DNA from: Eremomyces bilateralis CBS 781.70
Lineage: Eukaryota
Direction: 5' to 3' (one strand)
Assembly: GCA_010015585.1 (NCBI GenBank)
Contig: ML975153.1
DNA length: 64,000 nucleotides
Below are positions 1 through 10,392 of the stretch, piece by piece (positions within the stretch are counted from its first letter, which is position 1; every line of letters begins with the position of its first letter). Under the pieces are notes generated by a model. That model worked only from the letters and a program-made list of their open reading frames with translations. It did no database searches and was not told where the DNA came from. The translations under genes were made by a program, and so were the position numbers.

Positions 1-27
1 CCCTATCGTCGCATCCTAACCTCTCAG

Positions 28-830
28 ACCAAATCCGCCGCACCCGCCGCCAAGAAAACACCGACCGCGAAGAACGCCGCCGCCTCCGCCGCGAAGCCCG
101 CGAACGCGGCGACCTCGCCGCCCTCGAAGAGCTCCGCGAATCCACCCGTGCCGCCTCCGAAGCCGTCCACACCAACCCGGAGCACTCCGCCGCGCTTATC
201 GCCGCACACCAGACCGTCAACCGCGACCGCCGCGTCTCGTCCGTGCAGTATGGCAACATCGGCGTTGTGCAGCACGACGGGTCGCGGCTGCGATCGCACT
301 CGACGGAATCGGAGCGGCCGCTGCTAGAGGGGGCGGCGGGGATGGATGGGCAGGAGAGGAGCGTGAGTAGGTCGACGTTGACGACGCATCATCGTGGACG
401 GTCGGCGTCGAGTGTCATGAGCGTGTCGACAAACGCCTCGGACGACGGGTTTCACACGGCGGCAGCGTCGCCGGCGTTGTCGCTGTCACAGCCTTCGCGA
501 AACGGGAACGGGGAGTCGGAGTTCGAGATGGTGGCGGTGGGGGGGAGGGGATCGTGGCCGTCGCCGATGGCGAGAGCGCGGTCGAATACGGGGACGACGG
601 CGGAGGGGACGGGAGGGGATGTGGCGGATCAGCGGATTCCCGAACTAGACCCGCCGATGTACGAGGAGGCGTTTGAGGCGGTGCCGTTGGAGGATGCGCC
701 GCCGTACGAGTCGCCAGTGAGGGTGGGGGCGCCGCAGTTGCCGATGCTGGAGCAGTTGCCGAGCATCACGGTGACGGAGAGTCACTCCCCGGTGACGCCG
801 CCAATGGGGGGAGACGAACGGAGGTTTTAA
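28..830 (+). CDS. 3' exon of an uncharacterised fungal protein (gene starts before the window); Arg/Glu-rich helix, Ser-rich region and PY motifs
   Basis: Branch point CCTAAC and acceptor CAG end at 27. The frame is open from 30 (QIRRTRRQENTDREERRRLRREARERGD...) into ORF 243..830. The tail has PPMY and APPY motifs. Confidence 0.7.
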
Positions 831-1479
831 AGAGTGGGATATAATACTTGCTCGCAATTTTCTTCACGATCTGTACTGTGCTGTCTGGGCCTTGCGAGGA
901 GTTTTGGTTTGGACTACACCATATTGGATGGGGCGGGTACGATGGGACGTATGCGCCGGCGTTTGTGTGCATAATAGGTCTATGGACAGGTCCCTTAGTT
1001 GGATCGGTCTATGTTTGGATGGGTTACGCCTTTGTCTCCAACTTCTAAAGGCTGTTTCTAATCCAGCATGGGAGCTATTTAACGCTAAATCTAAGTAATA
1101 TCACTGTATAGACAGCAACATCATGTTGTGGCATCCTGAACACCACTGTAGCACTGAATTTCGCTATTGGCCAATTGTTTACAGAAACCTGCTCGTCCAA
1201 CCCCGTTTTTCCATGAGGCTTAAAGGACTAGTGCAGTGGGCAGTGAAAGCAAGATTGCAATCATGCAACGCAGCCTTGAGAATGTATTAGATGGACTGGA
1301 TGCTAAGCCTCAATGAATCCCACCAGGCGTTCTTGCCTCGATATTTCTCCAGTCCAGGCACTTTTTGGATTTCATAATGTCTATCAAGTGAACCTGTATC
1401 TTTGCAGCAAGCACTACTTACCCATGTTTCTATCTACGAAGCATCGCCGAAGAAGCGCCAAAGAAGCAGGCAAAGCACC

Positions 1480-3201
1480 ATGCGGTTGCTCAACGTATCA
1501 ACACGGAAACTTGAGGAGTTTCAGGGCCCGCGGCCACGGTACGCGATCCTATCACATACCTGGGGCAAAGAGGAGGTAACCTTTGAGGACCTCAAGACCA
1601 GCGACTATACCGAGAAGCTAGGGTACAAGAAGATCGATGGGTGCTGCAAGCAGGCTCAAAAAGCTCGGATCGAATACGTCTGGATCGATACTTGTTGTAT
1701 CAATAAGTCAAGCAGTGCGGAACTATCTGAAGCAATCAACTCCATGTTTGAGTGGTATGCAAGATCGCGGGTCTGCTATATATACCTGAGCGATGTGCCG
1801 CCTGCAAGCCTTGATGAGCACAAAAAGCCCGGCTCTCTGTTTCGGTCGAGTCGATGGTTCACAAGAGGATGGACCCTGCAAGAGTTGCTCGCACCAAAGA
1901 ATCGAATGTTGTTTGATTCAAGCTGGCAGCAAGTCAAGTTTGATATAGAGGACCGCATAAGATACGACGGAAGAGACCTTGGCTACGGCTCCAGGTACCT
2001 TGAGGAAGAGAGAATACTGAGTGAAATCACCGATATCCGCATCGAGTGTCTTCAAACTATAGCCAATCGATCTCGGCGGCTCCGCACGCCACTGCACGAG
2101 TTCTCAGTCTCGGAGCGGATGTCTTGGGCGTCTCGAAGGAAAACAACAAGAGAAGAGGATGTGGCATATTGTCTACTCGGAATTTTTGGTGTAAACATGC
2201 CTCTACTCTATGGTGAAGGAAAGCGTGCGTTTCATCGTTTGCAAGAGGAGATCATACGCATGACCCCGGATGAGACGATACTCTGTTGGGGCTTAGGCCG
2301 AGCCGATCAACGATCGATGGAGAAGCCAATTGGCGCTCTGGCTCAATCTCCAAGGGCGTTTGCTAAAGTCGGAGGTCTGATCAATGGCCGAAAGGAGGGA
2401 ACCACAGGTGACAATACAGGACGAACTTGTCGTTATGAAGGTTCTCAACGATCGCAGATGGCATCACACTCAATAGTAACGAGCCGAGGAATATTGATCG
2501 GACTACCTCTCGACTTCATAGATGGTTCTAATGGCTTAGCTCTCGGCATACTTGACGTCTACCTTAGACGTCTGGATCAAAGAGTCGCACTGCCCCTCGT
2601 GCGTGCAAATCACTTATATTCAAATGTCTTCACAACCGCTCCGGGCTGCAACCCTTTCATCCTGCCGAAGGACTATCGGCCACCCTCTTCCAGTACAACG
2701 ATATATCTGCAGCACCATACCACTACGGAATGGGAAATATCCACCTGTCTACCCCATGACCATATGGTTGAGTGGAGAATTGAGGGCGTTGGTGCCGCCT
2801 GGGGGGATGACGGGTGGCAATGTCGGGGATGGTATCCTCCGATACCATTATCTGTATTAAATGGCTTCAACAATCGCCATGGAGGTTCTAAAGTTCTCCC
2901 ACCTCATTTTCTGATGATATACGCCAACAAGACAGGTTCTATCCTCTGCCGCCTAGAAACTACAAAAGACGGCCCCTCGTTCCGAGTGAAGCTCGAGGTG
3001 GCCGTGATTTCGGAGCCCGTGTCGACACCCCTTGACATTCTATACGACCAGACATCAGAGCAAGTAGAGACTTCTCGTCTTGAGCGATTTCATTGGAGCG
3101 AAACCGGCATCGTATCTATCGGGAATCGTGCAGTCCGTGGGGTGGTGCATCGCATAGGCTGGGGAAAACCTCGATTTATATTTCAGTTGAGCATGACATG
3201 A
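1480..3201 (+). CDS. HET-domain (heterokaryon incompatibility) protein, intronless
   Basis: ATG at 1480 gives MRLLNVST...YAILSHTWG...YVWIDTCCINKSSSAELSEAINSMFEWY...SRWFTRGWTLQELLAP...RMSWASRRKTTREEDVAYCLLGIFGVNMPLLYGEG, the canonical HET-domain motifs. Confidence 0.95.
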   Translation: MRLLNVSTRKLEEFQGPRPRYAILSHTWGKEEVTFEDLKTSDYTEKLGYKKIDGCCKQAQKARIEYVWIDTCCINKSSSAELSEAINSMFEWYARSRVCYIYLSDVPPASLDEHKKPGSLFRSSRWFTRGWTLQELLAPKNRMLFDSSWQQVKFDIEDRIRYDGRDLGYGSRYLEEERILSEITDIRIECLQTIANRSRRLRTPLHEFSVSERMSWASRRKTTREEDVAYCLLGIFGVNMPLLYGEGKRAFHRLQEEIIRMTPDETILCWGLGRADQRSMEKPIGALAQSPRAFAKVGGLINGRKEGTTGDNTGRTCRYEGSQRSQMASHSIVTSRGILIGLPLDFIDGSNGLALGILDVYLRRLDQRVALPLVRANHLYSNVFTTAPGCNPFILPKDYRPPSSSTTIYLQHHTTTEWEISTCLPHDHMVEWRIEGVGAAWGDDGWQCRGWYPPIPLSVLNGFNNRHGGSKVLPPHFLMIYANKTGSILCRLETTKDGPSFRVKLEVAVISEPVSTPLDILYDQTSEQVETSRLERFHWSETGIVSIGNRAVRGVVHRIGWGKPRFIFQLSMT

Positions 3202-3344
3202 AACGAGGGGAAGGGGTTGAATTTATGGGAGAGTCTGTAAACCTGGCTTTTAAAATGCACCGTTTCCTGAAATGCACGTGGCCTCTGCCTGGATGACGGT
3301 TTATAAAGCGGTGGCTTGAGTTCCCCGGTAAGAACCGGGGACAC

Positions 3345-4664
3345 TCAATCCCAATACTTGATCACACCGTTCAGATCCCCCGTCACCAACTTGCTCTTCT
3401 CCCTTGGATGCCACTGACACGCCAACACCGCCGCATCACTCGCCTGGATCTTATGCCACATCTTCGTCGTCTTCCAATCCCAGAAGCAAACATACCCACC
3501 GGAGTCTCCCGACGACACGATATTCCCCATCGGACTGATCGCCACATCAATCGCGTATCCCGCCGTATTATGCCCCCGAAACGACTTCTTCCGATTCTGC
3601 CGAAACCGATCCGACGACCCGTAAATCAGCACCTGGTTATCCGCGGACTGATACGCCACGAATGGCTTCGACGGATGCGGCGACGACCGCACCATGCTGA
3701 ACATGCTCGGGTCGGACACCAGCTTGATCGGGACGGGGATACCGTACTCCCACGCGCGCAACGACTTGTCGTCCGACGTGGTCATGAACCGGCGGTTCTC
3801 ATCGCAGAAGGTGATGGTGTTGACGGGACCGAGATGATGGTCGTATTCCTGCACCTGCGCACCCGTGCGCGTGTCGAACTGCACGATCTTCTTGTCCGAC
3901 ATACCGGCCAGGAACTCGTGGTTCAGGGACGGGTCGGGGTTGAAGCGGAGGACGTGGGCGGTCTTCCCGGTGGAGAAGCGGGAGAGGCAGGCGCCGGTTT
4001 CGGTGTCCCAGAGTTTCATCTGGCGGTCGTAGGAGGAGGTGAGGAAGCGGGTGCCGTCATTGTTGAAGCAGATGTCGTTCACGGATTTGCTGTGGCCCAT
4101 GTAACCGCGGAGGAGCTCACGGCTCTGGACATCGTACAATTTGACGGTGCTATCCGCGCTAGCAGAGAGAAGAAGGTGACCGGACTCCGGGAAGAATCGA
4201 AGCTGGGAGATGGCTTTCGTGTGGTCTTTCCATGTATGTACGAGCTTCTTCGGCACGTAATTCTGCGTATGCGCGACTTCGCCACGCAGCTCGGAGGGTA
4301 TATGAAGAAAACTTCGCCCTTGATAGTCGTGTATTGATTCGCCATAGAAAGCTGTGGTTTCATGTCCATCTCCCGTCTCTTCATATGCCGTCCCAGCTTT
4401 GGTGGCCGGTGCCGTCGGTTGTTCCTCAATCTCATCCTCCTCGTAGATCACCTCCACGCCTTCCTCGTCCGAGGATGCTTCCGGAGTTCTCTCATCTTCG
4501 AATTTGTCCCATGGACTTCGGCGAGGTTTCGGCGCGCCGGCTTCTTCTCTCTTGCGCTTTTTGTTGGTGGATGATATCACCGACTGGTGGGCGAGGCGGA
4601 ATGACGCATCGCTGATAACGGTCTCTTCGGCCCATCCGGTGGGCACACGTCCGCGTCCTGCCAT
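3345..4664 (-). CDS. PRP17: Pre-mRNA splicing factor Prp17/CDC40 (WD40 repeat)
   Basis: DYQGRSF..., PKKLVHTWKDHTKAI, QEYDHHLGPVNTITF, FRQNRKKSFRGHNTAGYA and C-terminal IKYWD match Prp17. The true start could lie slightly further upstream. Confidence 0.93.
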   Translation of the reverse strand: MAGRGRVPTGWAEETVISDASFRLAHQSVISSTNKKRKREEAGAPKPRRSPWDKFEDERTPEASSDEEGVEVIYEEDEIEEQPTAPATKAGTAYEETGDGHETTAFYGESIHDYQGRSFLHIPSELRGEVAHTQNYVPKKLVHTWKDHTKAISQLRFFPESGHLLLSASADSTVKLYDVQSRELLRGYMGHSKSVNDICFNNDGTRFLTSSYDRQMKLWDTETGACLSRFSTGKTAHVLRFNPDPSLNHEFLAGMSDKKIVQFDTRTGAQVQEYDHHLGPVNTITFCDENRRFMTTSDDKSLRAWEYGIPVPIKLVSDPSMFSMVRSSPHPSKPFVAYQSADNQVLIYGSSDRFRQNRKKSFRGHNTAGYAIDVAISPMGNIVSSGDSGGYVCFWDWKTTKMWHKIQASDAAVLACQWHPREKSKLVTGDLNGVIKYWD

Positions 4665-5398
4665 TTCGGGTTGTGACCGTGGATATTGGATAGATCGACT
4701 TAGGGAAACTTAGGACACGATCAAACGGAGTTGTCCACCATGAGGTTGACACTTGAAGCTGGACGAGAGATGGGTATGGTTGCCTTGGTGCCTCAGGCCA
4801 ATATCATATTTGTCTCACGGCATGAATTCGTTCAGTGCAGTTCCTTTCCAAAGTCCATGACGGATGCGGGAATCAATCAATCAACCATTTCCAAATTCCA
4901 TGGTATGAATCCTCAATGAAGTTTTCGTATTAATGTCACTATTACACCAATTCGAACGAAAGAAGTTCAATGCGAAAGCTTCCAAGCGATCCCATCGTAG
5001 GCACCTCACTCAGTTGATCGTGAGAAACAGCTCATCTGCTCCATTCTAACATCCGTAGATGCCTTCTAATCCATTCGAAAAATTCAGTGACTGAGGGGTA
5101 TCTTTGTACAGCAGCACTTATTGTACATGTGCCAGCAAAACGCCGACGGGAAACCGCAAAATGAAAGAAAGGTGGCGTCGGGCCAGATCAGTCTCGTTCT
5201 GACAAAACAAATGCCCCTCGAACCATATTATCGCCGGGTATCAAATCCGTCCGCCCAATGTTCCCTTTCCCAAATTTCACAAACCCAGTGGTCAGACTCT
5301 GGTGTAGAGTGTCATCGAACGCCGGATCCCACCCAATGCATGGTTCGGCCTTGAACGTGTTAACAAAGGAAAAGAACGTGGAATACGCCGTAAGCCAG

Positions 5399-7471
5399 TT
5401 AGAGCGCATCCGAATCCGTATCCAACTGGACATGGCCAGCTGAGGCAGGTTTTTCACCCGCTAACTCCGTCTCCCCCGGAAGAGGCCTGATCGCAACCAA
5501 CGCCTCCCCCGGCTTCTTCCCCATCCACGCACTAAACGCCCCAATCTCCTCCATCAAGTCTCGACTCTCGTCCATCTCCCCATCCGACTCCACTGCGGCC
5601 CCGATCGCATCCTCTTCATCCGCATGATGGAGTACCCGACCCCCCAGCTTAACGTCGCTGACACGGACCCGATACTCCAGCGCTTTTTTGCCCGAAACGA
5701 TCAGTTCCTCCGTCCAGCCCAGACATCGCCGCAACGACTGGTTCATCCGCTGCGAATCCACTAACAACTCCCGATGCTTTTCCAGATCCAGTCGGAGGCG
5801 CTTCTCGTCCTTCATCAACCGCGCGTCGTTCGCGGCCGCCGAGAGCGACGACTCATCGGTGGAGTCGTCCTCGTCCTCGGATTCGGAGAGGTCGGAGAGG
5901 CCGAAGTTGGAGTCGGTGCCGCTGTCAGGCGCCTCCCCCACCGCGAGTGACGAGCGGGCGGTAGCGGCGGAGAATTCGGAGAGGCGGCCGGCGCGGGTGA
6001 GGCGGCGGAAGCGGCGGAGTTCGCCTTTTTGCTTGCGCACTTCGCGCTCGAGCTGGCGGTTGATGGCGAGGAGGGAGGAGTTGCTGATTTCAAGGTCGAG
6101 GACCTTGCGCTCGCGGCGGGCGTTGGCGGCCATTTCGTCGAAATTTGTGGGGGGTGGGGTTGGTTTGGTGGGACTTTGGGGACGGGATGTGGAGGTAGGG
6201 GAGGGGAGAGGTGGCGCTGTATTTGCTGGTCCACTGGAGAGGGAGGTCGGGCTCAGGCTATTTTGACTGGTATCTGATCGGCGTAATGGTAATGCGGCGC
6301 TCGTTTGCGTCCGAGTTGAGGGGGCGGATATAGGAGTGGGGGTGGATCGGGGCTCAGGGATGGTTGCTGCAGCCTTGGAGATAGAGCGCGGCCGCCGGGA
6401 AGGGTTAGAGTCGATGGACGATATGCTCGATGACTTTCCGTGCCCAGGCGTTGCAGAACCGCTGCTCGATCGTCGTCGTGTATTATCTTGTTCGGATACC
6501 GCCTGCAAGACCGGACTCACTACCGATCTTGGATGGTTTGTAGGCCTCATGATTTGGGAGGCGCCCTTTCTATACGAGAGATGGATGCTATCCTTGGTCG
6601 GCGAAGGTGAGCGCCGCATTAGAGGGTTCATCATGTCGCGGAGAATCGGTTCGGGGGATACGACCATCGGAGGTGGAGTCGGTGCTGCATGACGTTGTCC
6701 TTCCTCCCTTCCGTCCGCATGGAAGAACTTGGCCTGCGATCGCGTGCTGACCGAGGACAACGGTGGTGAGGGTACATCTGGTTGTTTCGGCCCTCCTTCC
6801 TCTTGGATACCATTTGCGTAGAAAAACGCGGCAGGCTTCTTCGCTGGCCGCGGAGGGGCGGGTTCTTGTACTTTCGGATCGTTTGCGTGGAAGAACAGGG
6901 GAGATCCTGCGCGTAGTCTGTTGTCCACCCCCAATCTGCCGTTTAAGCTGCCCGTTGGCGAAGTTATGGAGGGTGAAGCGACCGATGGCGCATTATGAGT
7001 AGAGCTTGCAGTCCCAACCATACTCAATGGTCTTCGGGAGCCATTGGCGAACCGGCCTGGTGTGCTGCGATCGGCGCTGGAAGCTGAACCAGGGCTGAGA
7101 ACCCTGGACATGTCTGCCGTTGACGCGGACTTGACGGTATTTGGAGTTCCAGAAACCGGCGTCCCAGAAGGCGTGGAGCTCGCACTGTCAACTCTTGACT
7201 TGCGCGCAGACGATCTCGGGGTGACATTGCTATTCAAGAATGATTTGACCGGGGTGGATATCTCATCTTTTATCGGGGACCTCGGCGATGACGCCGCCGA
7301 ATCGCCGCGCACGGTAGGACGAGGGAAGGTTGAACCGGCGGACGAAACAATTGGCGATTTACTTGCAGCTAATCGAGGAGTGATGGGTGTTTTCGCGGTG
7401 CGGTTCGAGGCCAAGGTCGGCATCAATGGGCGCGGAGGATTCGCATGGTTGGACCGCTCGGAAGGGGGCAT
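5399..7471 (-). CDS. Uncharacterised Ser/Pro-rich fungal protein with C-terminal coiled coil
   Basis: Long uninterrupted ORF. Probable start MPPSERS at 7471 (ORF is open to 7777). Repeated FFHA/FFYA motifs and a coiled-coil block ARRERKVLDLEISNSSLLAINRQLEREVRKQKGELRRFRR. Confidence 0.8.
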   Translation of the reverse strand: MPPSERSNHANPPRPLMPTLASNRTAKTPITPRLAASKSPIVSSAGSTFPRPTVRGDSAASSPRSPIKDEISTPVKSFLNSNVTPRSSARKSRVDSASSTPSGTPVSGTPNTVKSASTADMSRVLSPGSASSADRSTPGRFANGSRRPLSMVGTASSTHNAPSVASPSITSPTGSLNGRLGVDNRLRAGSPLFFHANDPKVQEPAPPRPAKKPAAFFYANGIQEEGGPKQPDVPSPPLSSVSTRSQAKFFHADGREEGQRHAAPTPPPMVVSPEPILRDMMNPLMRRSPSPTKDSIHLSYRKGASQIMRPTNHPRSVVSPVLQAVSEQDNTRRRSSSGSATPGHGKSSSISSIDSNPSRRPRSISKAAATIPEPRSTPTPISAPSTRTQTSAALPLRRSDTSQNSLSPTSLSSGPANTAPPLPSPTSTSRPQSPTKPTPPPTNFDEMAANARRERKVLDLEISNSSLLAINRQLEREVRKQKGELRRFRRLTRAGRLSEFSAATARSSLAVGEAPDSGTDSNFGLSDLSESEDEDDSTDESSLSAAANDARLMKDEKRLRLDLEKHRELLVDSQRMNQSLRRCLGWTEELIVSGKKALEYRVRVSDVKLGGRVLHHADEEDAIGAAVESDGEMDESRDLMEEIGAFSAWMGKKPGEALVAIRPLPGETELAGEKPASAGHVQLDTDSDAL

Positions 7472-7917
7472 GGTGGAGATGTTAGGTGGTCCGGAAAGTG
7501 AACGACGAGATGTCCGCCATATCGGGAGTCGGGAGGGTCGATTGGAGGGCCGATTTGCCTTTGCGATGTCGATATCAGGATACGAGGTGGATGGGGAAGA
7601 CTGGGGGATGGTGGGATGATGGCGATGGTGATGGAGATGGTGAATGCCGTCAACATCAACAACAACGCGAGAACCGGAGAGAGGCCCTGGGGAACGAGTC
7701 ATGACTACGCCCCGCCAATCAACTGTGGCGTCTCGGTGGATTAGCGGAATGACCACTGTTGGTGAGCCGATCCGCATCTAGTATCTCTCATCCATTAATT
7801 AAGTCTTTAATGAAGTACGGTATTGTCCTCCATTTCATATGTACTGTCTGATACTGAAGTCGGAAATCAAGTCAGGTTATTTTTCTACTAGTTATAGGAA
7901 CTCGTCAGAACCCGGGT

Positions 7918-7969
7918 GGTTACTTGTTGGTTACTTGTTAGTTAGGTACTTGTTTGGTTACTTGTTTGG
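7918..7969. repeat. Four near-tandem GGTTACTTGTT-like motifs
   Basis: ggttacttgtt ggttacttgtt agtta ggtacttgttt ggttacttgttt read directly. Confidence 0.7.
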
Positions 7970-8235
7970 CATCAATCCCGCATCTCCCCGCCCAAGGTCA
8001 CCCCATTCTGCACTTCTACTCCAAGATCCCCAAGTCAAGCCTATGCTATCTATACCACCTGTGACAGTTAGAATTAATTGGATTCAGTGAAGTTTTGACG
8101 TTCATGATCTGCTAAAGAGAAAACCTCTACAGTCGAGTCTGCAGATATTTACGTCTTGTATATTACACGGGACACATTAACTACCATACATCACAGTCAG
8201 GCCGCAAGGCCAAACAACCAAGTCGTAGCGACGGC

Positions 8236-9208
8236 TCAAGACGGTGACACCGCCAGTCCATTCAGTGACGTTTCCAACTCAACAAGGCTGCTTACATCAA
8301 TTCCAAGATCGTTCTTGTCTAGTAGGGGTGGTCCGTCATCGGTCCAGCTCCTCTCTTTAACCTCATCCCAAAACCGCATCAGTATACCCAGCTCCTCCGC
8401 CGACACGGGCCACAGGTTATGAAAGGTGTCGTCATCCGTCTGGACGAAAGCAGCGGCGACCCTGTTCACTTTGGCCCAGGTCTGCAGCAACCCACCAGCC
8501 GTGGTATCTCCGATCGCAGCCTTGACAATGGCACCGTTACGGGTCCAGTCCGGCTGCTCTATGACGGCTTTCACGAATGGGCCGATGTTCGCGCGGACAT
8601 CGCCAATCGTGTGGGTCATCGTCTCCGGGGAGTAGTTCGCAAATTGAGCGTACTTGTTGCAGGTGGGGATGAAGTTCGGGGTGAATACGGGGGAGGAGTA
8701 GTTGGAGATGTAGAAAGTGATCCAAAGGAAGGTGGTCTTCGCAAGCAACGTCTTGTTGGAACGGATGAAGGCATCGACACGGTTCTTGCCCTCAAAATGC
8801 GGCACCAAGTACTTCCCCGCTAAGATCAGTTACGCGTTCGGCAGTGTGCTCCAAATATAGTGCTCCAGTGTCGATGTCGCCGCCGCCGCAGTCGCCAAGT
8901 TGATGCCTTGTTGTGCTTCAACCTTCATGCCTCAGGGCCGGCCTTAACAAAGGGTTCCGAGAAATCGGTTATGGCATAGATGACTTGGCTGCCCTGGAAG
9001 GCCTTTTTCAACGATTCGACGCCATTAACATCTGCTGCAACTACTTCGGCCCCTTTGTTTCGTAACTTTGCCGCAGCAGCACTGTCGGGGCGACGGGTAA
9101 TGGCGCGAACTTGATAGCTGGGATGGTTGAGTAGTATGGTACGGAAACCACACCACCTCCTTAGTTTCCAGTGGCTCCGACGACTATGATAAGTTTCTTA
9201 CTAGCCAT
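8236..9208 (-). pseudogene. NmrA-like (NAD(P)-binding Rossmann) family pseudogene
   Basis: ATG 9208: MASKKLIIVVGATGN*GGGVV (TAA at 9161-9163), frameshift, YQVRAITRRPDSAAAAKLRNKGAEVVAADV...IYAITDF, frameshift, EAQQGINLATAAAATSTLEHYIWSTLPNA* (8830-8832), then GKYLVPHFEGKNRVD running into ORF 8236..8808. Confidence 0.88.
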
Positions 9209-9439
9209 TGCGATGCTTGGAACTGACAGAATTGGAAGGAAAAGTTTCAATGAGACGCTCGATATCCGAACATAAACATTAAGACTTAAGAACAAGAACC
9301 ATTATTTATAGCTTAAAAAACTCGGTGGAGGCTTTCCGCACAGTACCGTATCCCTTATGGATATGGATAGTACATAGAAGAATAAAAATGGACCGGGACA
9401 GTGAGAAATCATCGAATTGCCCACCACCAGAAGTGAGTG

Positions 9440-10015
9440 AGGGGTGGACACGAATATTCGTAGTCGAATACGAATAAATTTGGAATTTCCGCTTACTAGT
9501 TACTAATATTCGCAATTATTCGTATATCTCTGAAGCTATTCCATATCTCGTAGCGGAGAGATAATCGACAGAGAGCTTTCAGCTGGGGTCACTTGGCTTG
9601 CGGAATCGTCAGGAGTGATCAATTCGACGCTATTGCGGGATCCACCTGAACAACGCCTTTTGCTGGTGCTGTTCTCTGGAGTCTGGGGAGACTTCTTCGT
9701 CACTGCCATCATTAAGAAGATGATAATCAACTCTCCGGGAGCGAAGACGGCGCTTTCCAACTCCCAAGAGATATGGATGAGTCATCCATATTATTGGGAA
9801 AGAAGTTGCAACATACTGGTAACTATGCTTTGTATCTCCTAATTAGAACTCAAATCCTCTAATTAGAGCGTGTTCGGATACATAAACAAAGGTCGCGATT
9901 GCTGGGCATTCATTCATTGGCTCGGCTTTGGCCGAATAATGCGAATAATGCGAATAAGACGTCTCGAAATTTAGTCGAATATGAATAGCCAAAATCATTA
10001 CTTGTGTCCAGCCCT
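9440..10015. mobile_element. Internally deleted TIR DNA transposon relic, hAT-like
   Basis: Left end AGGGGTGGACACGAATA versus reverse complement of right end AGGGCTGGACACAAGTA (14/17 identical). Clusters of CGAATA/TATTCG subterminal repeats at both ends. Internal ORF fragment 9536..9760(-). No intact TSD seen. Confidence 0.6.
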
Positions 10016-10222
10016 AACAAGGACCTTCAGCTTGCGGCCTCGATATAATATGATACTCCATACTACGTATTCTAATTCCTATGTACTAAGGGGGCAAATG
10101 ACAATAGAATTCATTGGAAGTTCCTCACCCCGGCTCATGGCTCGCCCCCTGTTCTGACATGGTTGTTGATTGTTGGGTGACATGGATTGTTTCGCTTTCA
10201 TCACTTTCATCGCTTTCCAGTC

Positions 10223-10235
10223 ACGCGTGACGCGT
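10223..10235. promoter_or_regulatory. Two adjacent MluI cell-cycle boxes (ACGCGT) upstream of Pol kappa
   Basis: tcACGCGTgACGCGTt about 160 bp before ATG 10393. MCB elements are typical of fungal DNA replication/repair genes. Confidence 0.5.
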
Positions 10236-10392
10236 TGTATGGAGAATCACGCTTTGAAGAATCGAAACATTGCTCGCAGACCCCGCGGCTTGTGGCGGAC
10301 AACACCAAAGTCTGCAAGTAGCATCCCTTGGACCGTGTTGGCGAGAGATATCTGCCTATGAACTAGTGACTACATCTACAGCATGGTACGAC

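Noticed and set aside
1402..1479. N-terminal extension of the HET ORF in the ORF track, and other non-ATG starts (e.g. 29732, 21741, 10880)
   Set aside because: These begin at TTG/GTG codons or inside introns or exons; ATG starts and splice sites give better gene models.
3408..4337. 309-aa + strand ORF, plus similar long antisense ORFs (e.g. 42522..43313, 52246..53100, 22464..23285, 11408..12049)
   Set aside because: They lie antisense to well-supported genes in GC-rich codon-biased DNA and show no recognisable motifs; these are shadow ORFs.
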